Shown: in pieces, positions 37,636 to 45,054 of the stretch
Layout: each line of letters begins with the position of its first letter
Numbering within the stretch: the first letter of the stretch is position 1
Source of the DNA: Planctomycetota bacterium
Lineage (GTDB): Bacteria; Planctomycetota; UBA1135; GCA-002686595
DNA: 64,000 nt
Assembly (NCBI GenBank): GCA_044228955.1
Contig: JBGATY010000002.1
Span: forward strand, 10,160 to 74,159
Direction of reading: 5' to 3'
The notes under the pieces: model-generated
What the model saw: the letters and a program-made list of their open reading frames with translations, nothing else
What the model was told of the DNA's origin: nothing
Database searches by the model: none
Made by a program: the position numbers and the translations under genes

Positions 37636-38691
37636 ATGATCTGGCTCCAGTTGATTGGCGGTCTCCTCCTCCTCGTGGGTGGGGGTGAACTTCTCGTGCG
37701 CGGTGCGTCGTCGCTGGCGGCGCGGCTCGGGCTCTCCTCGCTCGTGATCGGACTCACGGTCGTCGCGTTCGGCACGAGCGCGCCGGAGGTGGCGGTCAGC
37801 GTCGGGGCGACGCTCGACGGACGGGGAGCCCTCGCGGTCGGGAACGTCATAGGCAGCAACGTCTTCAACGTGCTGTTCATCCTCGGCGGCTCCGCATTGA
37901 TCGCGCCGCTCGTGGTCTCGCGGCAGATCCTGCGCGTGGACGTGCCGGTACTCCTGTGCGTCTCGCTGCTCGGACTGGTCATGTCGCTCGACGGGCGCAT
38001 CGGCATCGGAGACGGCGTGATCCTGATGCTCGTGTTCCTGGCCTATCTCGTGTTCACCCTGCGCGAAGGGCGCAAGCAGGCAGCGGCGGACAAGCCCGCA
38101 ACGCCGCGCGCATCGGCCGTGCTCTCGATCGGCCTCGTGCTCGCCGGCCTCGCGCTCCTGGTGCTCGGCGCCCACTACTTCGTGTCTGGAGCGGTCGACG
38201 TCGCGCGGCTCCTCGGCATGAGCGAAACGGTCATCGGTCTCACGATCGTCGCGGCCGGGACGTCGTTGCCAGAAGTGGCGACCTCGCTGACCGCGGCGTG
38301 GCGCGGCGAACGCGACATCGCCGTCGGGAACGTCGTCGGGAGCAACATTTTCAACCTGTTGTTCATCCTGGGCGTCTCCGCGTTCGTCGGGCGCGGTGAA
38401 CTCGAGGTCCCCGCCGCGATCCTGCGCTTCGATCTGCCCGTGATGGTGGCCGCCGCGGTCGCGCTCGTTCCGATCGCCATGGCGCGCGGCTACCTCGCGC
38501 GTTGGGAGGGGGTGTTCTTCCTCGCGGCATACGCGGCCTACGTCGGCTACCTCGTGCTCGACTCGACCGGACATGACGCGCTCCCGGCATACAGTCGCAC
38601 GATGATGGAGTTCGTGCTGCCACTCGTCGTCGTCACGCTCGGCGTCTTGATGGTGCAGGGTCTGCGGCGCAAGGAGGGCGGCGGGAACTAG
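37636..38691 (+). CDS. Ca2+/Na+ antiporter (CaCA/YrbG family)
   Basis: ATG at 37636 preceded by GGAGGG. Two alpha-repeats, GLTVVAFGTSAPEVAVS and GLTIVAAGTSLPEVATS. Confidence 0.88.
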   Translation: MIWLQLIGGLLLLVGGGELLVRGASSLAARLGLSSLVIGLTVVAFGTSAPEVAVSVGATLDGRGALAVGNVIGSNVFNVLFILGGSALIAPLVVSRQILRVDVPVLLCVSLLGLVMSLDGRIGIGDGVILMLVFLAYLVFTLREGRKQAAADKPATPRASAVLSIGLVLAGLALLVLGAHYFVSGAVDVARLLGMSETVIGLTIVAAGTSLPEVATSLTAAWRGERDIAVGNVVGSNIFNLLFILGVSAFVGRGELEVPAAILRFDLPVMVAAAVALVPIAMARGYLARWEGVFFLAAYAAYVGYLVLDSTGHDALPAYSRTMMEFVLPLVVVTLGVLMVQGLRRKEGGGN

Positions 38692-38856
38692 CCGGGAGTA
38701 TCGACTTGACTGCGCCGCGCTGGCCTTCCGAATGGACGCGCGCTGTTCCGACTACGGAACTTCTCGAGGGATCGTCCGCACATGAGCGGATGGGGGACCA
38801 CAGGCAAGTGCCGGTACATAGGTCGCACACCCCCTCACCCCCCCCCAGCAGCAGAC

Positions 38857-39738
38857 ATGCTCTCGAACCAAGTCGTACTCGTACTTCCTCTCGCCCTCGG
38901 TCTGGCCGCCTGCGAGACCACCTCGAACCCCGACGCGCGCGGCTCGCATGACAGGCAGTACTGGTCGAGCCGACTTCCAGATCCCGTGAGCGCCGGGACG
39001 ACGTTCGAGAGCCCCGTCATCGAGACCAACCTGGAGGCGCACGCCATCCACCAGACTCTGCCGAAGGACTCGATCTTCGGTGGTGGCGACTTCAACGTCT
39101 ACGCGATCCAGGGACGTTACGCGATCAACGACCAGTGGGCGCTCATCGCCACGAAGGACGGGTACATCGACTTCAACCCCAAGGTCGGCAAGGACGAGAA
39201 CGGTTGGGCGGACGTCGCGGCCGGCTTCAAGACGATGGTCTACGAAAACCGCGAGGACGGCGTGATCGTCACGCCCGGGCTGATCCTCGAGACCGATGTC
39301 GGAAACGGCGAGGTGTTCCAGGGCAACGGCGACGGACTGCTGCGGCCCTTCGTGAGCGCTGCCTGGGACGACAACGAGTTCAACCTGATCGGCTGCCTGG
39401 GCTACAACCAGCCGTTCGACAGCAACGCCGAGAGCACGTCGATCGACTACCACGCGCACTTCAGTTACGAATTCACCAAGGACCTGCTCGGGCTCGTCGA
39501 GTTCAACGGCATCACGTACACGAAGAGCGGTGAGGCTCTGCCCGTGAACTTCGAGGGCGGCGATTTGATCAATCTGGGATCGAGCGACGTGGCCGGGAAC
39601 AGCGTGTTCTCGGCCGCGATCGGCGCCGCCTACAGGCTCGGCTCGCAAGCTCAAATCGGCCTGACGTACGAACAGCCGGTCGGCGGGCGCGATGACCTGC
39701 TCGACGATCGGATATGGGTGGCCCTGCTCATGCGGTGC
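38857..39738 (+). CDS. outer-membrane beta-barrel-like lipoprotein (MetA-pathway/transporter-like), 3' end undefined
   Basis: ATG at 38857. Lipobox LALGLAAC. Alternating beta-strand pattern ending ...DDRIWVALLMR. There is no in-frame stop before 41964, so the end coordinate is my estimate of the last barrel strand. Confidence 0.5.
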
Positions 39739-39792
39739 GGCGCGCGGACCGGGCGCGCCGAAGCCGCGACGGGTCGATCGGTGTGCGCAGCC

Positions 39793-39834
39793 GCGCGGAG
39801 CTGGTTCGTCGCGAACCGGCTCCGCGCTCGTTTT
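39793..39834 (+). terminator. intrinsic terminator hairpin (16-bp stem, 3-nt loop, T-tract)
   Basis: GCGCGGAGCTGGTTCG-TCG-CGAACCGGCTCCGCGC with one G-U pair, followed by TCGTTTT. Confidence 0.7.
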
Positions 39835-39880
39835 GGGCTCTACGCACTCGGACCCGGCCGATTTCGCACTCGGGCTCTTG

Positions 39881-39908
39881 TTGGATCATTCATATATAGT
39901 TATATAGT
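39881..39908 (+). promoter_or_regulatory. AT-rich promoter/operator with tandem TATATAGT TATATAGT, -10 only 7 nt from the ATG
   Basis: TTGGAT (39881-86), 16-nt spacer, TATAGT (39903-08), ATG at 39916. A perfect 8-nt direct repeat at 39893-39908 in an otherwise ~68% GC context. No Shine-Dalgarno sequence. Confidence 0.5.
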
Positions 39909-39915
39909 GGTCAAT

Positions 39916-41964
39916 ATGAGCACCACATCACGAAGGAGGACCCTGCAACCGACCACCCTCGCGGCCTTTGCATGTGCTGCCGTGCTCGCCACGGCCGGTG
40001 CCCAGGACGCCGAACGCGCGACGCACGGGAACGAGGCGGCCACGCCGCAACTCGTCTACGAGCGCACGGCGGGGGAGGTCACGGTGCGCCAATACCAGCT
40101 TGGATGCCTGAGTCAGCTCACCTACCTCGTCGTGAGCCGCGGCCACGCTCTCGTGGTCGATCCGCAACGCGACGTCGATCACTACGTCCGCGACGCGCGA
40201 GCGCTCCACGCACGCATCGACTACGTGGCGTTGACCCATACGAACGCGGACTTCGTCGCGGGGCATACCGAGCTCGCGAAGCGCGAGGAGGCGCGCATCC
40301 TGATCTCGGCCGAGTCGGGGTCGCAGTTCGAGCACCAGGGCATGCGGGATGGCGATTCCGTCGACCTGGGCGCAGCGCGCATCGAGTTCATCGCCACGCC
40401 GGGTCACACGCTCGATTCGATGACCGTTCTCGTGCACGTTCCGAAGGGCCCGGACGTCGAGGCCGATCCGATGTGGATCATGACGGGCGACGCGCTCTTC
40501 ATCGGTTCGATCGGACGGCCGGATCTCGCCCAGGGCACGATCAGCCCGATGGCGCTCGCCAATCACGCCTACGATTCGGTCCAGAGGCTGCGCGCGCTTC
40601 CCGAAGCGACGATCGTGCTGCCCGCCCACGGCGCGGGTTCCCTGTGCGGCGCGCACCTGTCGCCGGACACGACCTCGACGATCGGTCGCGAGAAGACGCG
40701 GAATCCCTACTTCCAGATCGCGAGCCGCGCGGCATTCGTCGCACGCGACGTGTCCGGACTGCCGCCAGCGCCGCAGTATTTCGCCTACAACGTCGCGATC
40801 AATCGCCAGGGACCTCCGGTCGTCGACTGGACCGAAGAAGTGCCTCCCGAGCTGGAGCCGGCTCTTGTCCGCGACCTCGTGAAGCGCGGCGCGTGGATCG
40901 TGGACCTGCGCGACGGGCGCGAGTACGCGACCGGGCACGTCGAGGGATCGATCAACGTGTCCGTCCGCGGGCGACTCGATACGTGGACGGGAATCGTGAT
41001 CCCGTTCGACGCGCCGCTCGTTCTCGTGGGGTCGAACGACGAGTCGCGCGAGGCTGCGTTCCGCTTCAAACGCATCGGCATCGACCGCGTCGTCGGTCGT
41101 CTCGCTCCGGACCTCGAAAAAGCGCGGCGAGCGGGCCTCGTCGTGCGCTCGACGGAGCTCGTGCGTCCCGAGGATCTCGCGGATCGCATCGCGCGACACG
41201 TTGAACCGATCGTGGTCGACGTGCGCACGAGCGAGGAACGGGCCGAACTGTCGCTCGGCGACTATGCGCACATCGAGCTCACCGATTGGCAACGCTTCGG
41301 CGAGGTGCTCGACAAGCAGGCGCCGGTCCTGTTCGTGTGCAATTCCTCCTATCGGAGCAGCATGGCGGTCGGGCTCGCCGAACGCCTCGGCTTCGAGCAC
41401 GTCGGGAGTCTCGACGGCGGTCTGGACGCCTGGATCGGCGCGGGACAGCCCGTCCACGGGACGGCGAGCGTCTCCGCGAGCGCGCCGGCGGACGCAAGCG
41501 CGGCTCGCCCCGTCGCGGCCAATGGACTTGCGGGCACGGTGGACCTGCCCGAACCTCTCGAGCCGTCCCAGCTCGCCGCGCTGCTGGTCGACCAGCCGCG
41601 CAATTACGCGGTGATCGATCTCCGGCCCGCGTGGCAGTTCCGCGAGTACCACGTGCCCGGTGCCGAGAGCGTCGAGCCCGATGGGGTGGGCGCACGCCTG
41701 GCCGCGTTGCCGAAGAACACGCGCGTCGTGCTCGTCGATCGAGACGGAACCACGGCGTTCGCGGTCGCGGGGGCCGTTTCGAACGCGAGCGGCGAATTCG
41801 CGCGGCCCCTGCGCGTCCTTTCCGGCGGAACGGCGCGTTTCTGGCGCGAGATCGGCGTGCGGGGGAGAGCGAGCGCGCCTTCTGCAAAGGAGCCCGCTCC
41901 CGCCGTGACGCCGGCACCCGCGGCGCCCAAACCCGAAGCCAAGAAGCGCAGCGCCGGCTGCTAG
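39916..41964 (+). CDS. exported MBL-fold persulfide-dioxygenase-like / triple rhodanese fusion protein (Blh/PRF-like)
   Basis: Tat-like signal SRRRTLQPTTLAAFACAAVLATAGA. MBL motifs THTNADFVAGH, ATPGHT, TGDALFIGSIGRPD and LPAHG. Three rhodanese modules, one with active-site CNSSYRS. Pro/Ala tail ending ...KKRSAGC. Confidence 0.85.
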   Translation: MSTTSRRRTLQPTTLAAFACAAVLATAGAQDAERATHGNEAATPQLVYERTAGEVTVRQYQLGCLSQLTYLVVSRGHALVVDPQRDVDHYVRDARALHARIDYVALTHTNADFVAGHTELAKREEARILISAESGSQFEHQGMRDGDSVDLGAARIEFIATPGHTLDSMTVLVHVPKGPDVEADPMWIMTGDALFIGSIGRPDLAQGTISPMALANHAYDSVQRLRALPEATIVLPAHGAGSLCGAHLSPDTTSTIGREKTRNPYFQIASRAAFVARDVSGLPPAPQYFAYNVAINRQGPPVVDWTEEVPPELEPALVRDLVKRGAWIVDLRDGREYATGHVEGSINVSVRGRLDTWTGIVIPFDAPLVLVGSNDESREAAFRFKRIGIDRVVGRLAPDLEKARRAGLVVRSTELVRPEDLADRIARHVEPIVVDVRTSEERAELSLGDYAHIELTDWQRFGEVLDKQAPVLFVCNSSYRSSMAVGLAERLGFEHVGSLDGGLDAWIGAGQPVHGTASVSASAPADASAARPVAANGLAGTVDLPEPLEPSQLAALLVDQPRNYAVIDLRPAWQFREYHVPGAESVEPDGVGARLAALPKNTRVVLVDRDGTTAFAVAGAVSNASGEFARPLRVLSGGTARFWREIGVRGRASAPSAKEPAPAVTPAPAAPKPEAKKRSAGC

Positions 41965-41974
41965 AGAGTCGCAC

Positions 41975-42514
41975 ATGGACACGACCATCCAACCCACATC
42001 CCCGAACGCCGGGCGATACTGGAACCCCTACATCGCGGGTCTGGGGCTCGGTCTCACGCTGCTCGTTTCATTCGTCGCGCTCGGTGTCGGGCTCGGCGCG
42101 TCCGGCAGCACGGCTCGCATCGCGGCGAGCGCGGCCCACGCGGTAGCGCCGACCGCCGTCGAAGCCAACGGGTACGTCGGCCCCTGGTTCCAGAACGGGT
42201 CGGCGCTCGCGAACTACCTCGTGTTCATGTCGCTCGGCACGCTGCTCGGCGGTTTCGTCTCGGCATTGTTCGCGCGGCGACTGGCCGTCGGAGTCGAGCG
42301 TGGAAGCCGCGTCACGGCGCGCACCCGCCTCGTCCTCGCGATCACCGGAGGACTGCTCGTCGGCTTCGCGAGCCGCATGGCCGGCGGTTGCACGTCAGGA
42401 CAAGCTCTCACCGGTGGGGCGCTCCTGCTCGGAGGCAGTTGGGCATTCCTCGTCGCGGTGTTCGCCGGCGGATTCCTCGTCGCGCCGTTCGTGAAGAAGG
42501 AGTGGCAGCCGTGA
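41975..42514 (+). CDS. YeeE/YedE-family sulfur-compound transport protein (half-size)
   Basis: GLGLGLTLL...GASG and FASRMAGGCTSGQALTGG motifs. Confidence 0.85.
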   Translation: MDTTIQPTSPNAGRYWNPYIAGLGLGLTLLVSFVALGVGLGASGSTARIAASAAHAVAPTAVEANGYVGPWFQNGSALANYLVFMSLGTLLGGFVSALFARRLAVGVERGSRVTARTRLVLAITGGLLVGFASRMAGGCTSGQALTGGALLLGGSWAFLVAVFAGGFLVAPFVKKEWQP

Positions 42515-43104
42515 ACCTCTTCGACCAAGGCTTGCTCGACACGCCGTTCGGCTGGTCCATCGCGTTGCTCGTCGGTATCGCGTTCGGTTTCTGGCTCGAG
42601 CGCGCGGGCTTCGGTTCGAGCCGCAAGCTGGCGGCGATCTTCTATCTGCGCGACTTCGCGGTGGTGCAGGTCATGTTCACGGCCGTCGTCACCGCGGCGG
42701 TGGGGCTCGTCGTCCTCGATTCACTCGGCGTGTTCGACGCTTCGAGCGTGTACCGCATGGAGACGCTGCTCGCACCGCAGATCGTCGGCGGACTCGTCTT
42801 CGGCGCCGGATTCGTGACCGGCGGCTGGTGTCCGGGCACGGCGCTCGTCGGCGCCGCGTCGGGCAAGCTCGACGCGCTCGCGTTCCTCGTGGCCACGATG
42901 CTCGGCAGCCTCGTGTACGCAGCCAATTGGGGCGCGCTCGCTCCGCTGCAGCGGGTCGGCGCGTGCGGGGTCGTGACGCTGCCCGAAGTCCTGCACGTGT
43001 CGGCCGGAACGGTCGCAGCGGGCCTCACGGCATTCGCGCTCGTCGCGTTCTATGCGATCCGACGCTTCAACCAACACCAGGAGACTGGGAGGAAATCGTC
43101 ATGA
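42511..43104 (+). CDS. YeeE/YedE-family sulfur-compound transport protein (second half)
   Basis: GTG at 42511 overlaps the previous stop (GTGA). FGFWLERAGFGSSRKL and GGWCPGTALVGAASG motifs. Confidence 0.85.
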   Translation: MNLFDQGLLDTPFGWSIALLVGIAFGFWLERAGFGSSRKLAAIFYLRDFAVVQVMFTAVVTAAVGLVVLDSLGVFDASSVYRMETLLAPQIVGGLVFGAGFVTGGWCPGTALVGAASGKLDALAFLVATMLGSLVYAANWGALAPLQRVGACGVVTLPEVLHVSAGTVAAGLTAFALVAFYAIRRFNQHQETGRKSS

Positions 43105-44564
43105 CCTCATCCACACTCGCCCCGATCACGGCCCTCGGAACCATGGGGCTGGCTCTCGTCGTGGCTCTCGTCGCCAAGCCGCGAGAAGCGGCGGCCTCCA
43201 CCTCGAATTGGCCGGCAGTCGTCGAAGCAGGCGCGGACCATATCACGCCGCGCGACCTGGCCGAGGCCATGCTCCGCGATCCGAGATCCGTGCTGCTTGT
43301 CGACGTGCGGCCGTCTGCCGAGTTCGAGCAGTTCCACCTCGCCGGCGCGACGAACCTGGACCTCGAGGACCTGCTCGGAGCGCGCGGCGAGCGGCTCTTC
43401 GCGGAGAACACCGGTCGGACGATCGTGTTGTGCTCGAATGGCATGACGCATCCTGGTCAAGCGTGGGTCGAACTGACCCGGCGCGGACGGAGCGACGTGC
43501 GCGTGCTGGAAGACGGCATCGAAGGCTTCGTGCGTGATGTCCTGACGCCGCCCTCGCTCGACGGGATCACGAGCGAGCAGGACGCCCGAGCGGCACACGC
43601 GGAGTTCGTTCGCGCGAGTGCTGCTTTCCTCGCGGGTGCCGGGCAGGTTCCCGTACCGCCCGCCGAGCCGAAGGCAGAGGCGACCAAGCAGGAGAAGCCC
43701 GCGTTCGCGCGACTTGCCACGGACCCCGCGACGCTCACGCAGCCCACGATCGTCTCGGCCTCCTGGACCGCGAAGCGCGGCGCGTCGATCGTCGTGCTCG
43801 ACGCGCGCGAGAAGCCCGAGGACTACGCCGCTGGGCACGTCGCCGGCGCGTTGCACGTGCCGATCAAGGTACTGCGCGAGGAACGCCAGGGAGTGCCGGA
43901 CGAACTTCTCGCGCCGGAGAGTCTGGCGGCGCTCTTCGGCCGGCTCGGCATCGACGGAGACTCGGAAATCGTCGTGTACGCCGAAGCGAAGTTGCAGGAC
44001 CCCACTCACCTCGCGCTCGCGCTGATCAGCGTCGGACTCGAGAAGGTCGCGATCCTCGAGGGCGGAATCGCGGCATGGAAGGCCGGCGGGCACGCGCTCT
44101 CGACCGCCGTGCCGGTGCCGAAACCAAAGACCTGCGTCGTGCGCAAGTCGGACGCCCTGCGCAGGGTCCTGCTCGACGACGTGAAGAGGGCCAGCAACGA
44201 CACGAAGACGCGCATCCTCGACGTGCGCCCCGCCGACGCGTTCGCCGGAACGACCTCGACCGAGGCGCGTGCCGGACACATCCCCGGGTCCTCGAATCGT
44301 CCCTACACGATTGACGTCGCGACGACCGATGCAGGTCCATTCTGGCGTCCAGTCGAGGATCTCCGCCGCGAATACGAAGCGCTCGGACTGCGTCGCGACA
44401 CGCCTGTGATCGTCACCTGCCGCACGGGGCACCAGGCCTCTCAAACCTGGTTCACGCTGCGGTACCTGCTCGGCTACGAGGACGTGCGGTGGTACGACGG
44501 CTCGTGGAAGGAATGGGCCGCTCATCCCGAACTGCCCGCGGAAACGGGAGCCGGACGCAAGTGA
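43101..44564 (+). CDS. membrane-anchored/exported multi-rhodanese sulfurtransferase
   Basis: ATGA overlap with the previous stop. N-terminal hydrophobic anchor. Three rhodanese modules. C-terminal active-site loop CRTGHQ with DGSWKEW. Confidence 0.85.
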   Translation: MTSSTLAPITALGTMGLALVVALVAKPREAAASTSNWPAVVEAGADHITPRDLAEAMLRDPRSVLLVDVRPSAEFEQFHLAGATNLDLEDLLGARGERLFAENTGRTIVLCSNGMTHPGQAWVELTRRGRSDVRVLEDGIEGFVRDVLTPPSLDGITSEQDARAAHAEFVRASAAFLAGAGQVPVPPAEPKAEATKQEKPAFARLATDPATLTQPTIVSASWTAKRGASIVVLDAREKPEDYAAGHVAGALHVPIKVLREERQGVPDELLAPESLAALFGRLGIDGDSEIVVYAEAKLQDPTHLALALISVGLEKVAILEGGIAAWKAGGHALSTAVPVPKPKTCVVRKSDALRRVLLDDVKRASNDTKTRILDVRPADAFAGTTSTEARAGHIPGSSNRPYTIDVATTDAGPFWRPVEDLRREYEALGLRRDTPVIVTCRTGHQASQTWFTLRYLLGYEDVRWYDGSWKEWAAHPELPAETGAGRK

Positions 44565-44584
44565 CCACGCGCAAGCACAAGCCG

Positions 44585-44902
44585 ATGTCCGAACCGATGC
44601 TCGACGCGGTCGCGCTGCGGTTCCGGGCCCTCGCGGAACCGGCGCGACTCAGGATCCTCCAGCATCTCATGGTGGGCGAGCGCTCGGTGAGCGAACTCAC
44701 CGAGGCGTCGGGTCTGTCGCAGGCCAACACCTCGAAGCACCTCGCGATCCTCCACGCCGCGGGGCTCCTCGACCGCCGCAAGGAGGGAACGACCGTCTAT
44801 CACGCGATCGCGGATCCGCTGGTCCACGAGTTGTGCGATCTCGTGTGCTCGCACGTTTCGAAACGGGCACGCGCGGGAGCACGCGCCTACGATTCACCCT
44901 GA
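44585..44902 (+). CDS. ArsR/SmtB-family transcriptional regulator (BigR/SqrR-like by context)
   Basis: FRALAEPARLRILQHL...SVSELTEASGLSQANTSKHLAILHAAGLL wHTH. Last gene of the sulfur operon. An alternative GTG start at 44561 overlaps the rhodanese stop. Confidence 0.85.
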   Translation: MSEPMLDAVALRFRALAEPARLRILQHLMVGERSVSELTEASGLSQANTSKHLAILHAAGLLDRRKEGTTVYHAIADPLVHELCDLVCSHVSKRARAGARAYDSP

Positions 44903-45054
44903 CCGGGACCACCCATGGCGGCTGCACCGCGGTCGCGTGCCCCGGTCGTAGCGTGGCTCTCGCGGCGGTCCTGGGGGGGGGCGGAGCAGGGTGCCGGACG
45001 ACCCGAGGCGGATTCGTCCCTCGCAGGGTAGGATTCAGCGCTCTGCCGAAAGCC

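Noticed and set aside
38782-41964. A single 1060-aa fusion protein, as listed in the ORF track
   Set aside because: The linker contains a 16-bp-stem terminator, a promoter-like AT-rich element and a new signal peptide starting at ATG 39916. Two genes are far more likely. The missing stop is reported as a finding instead.
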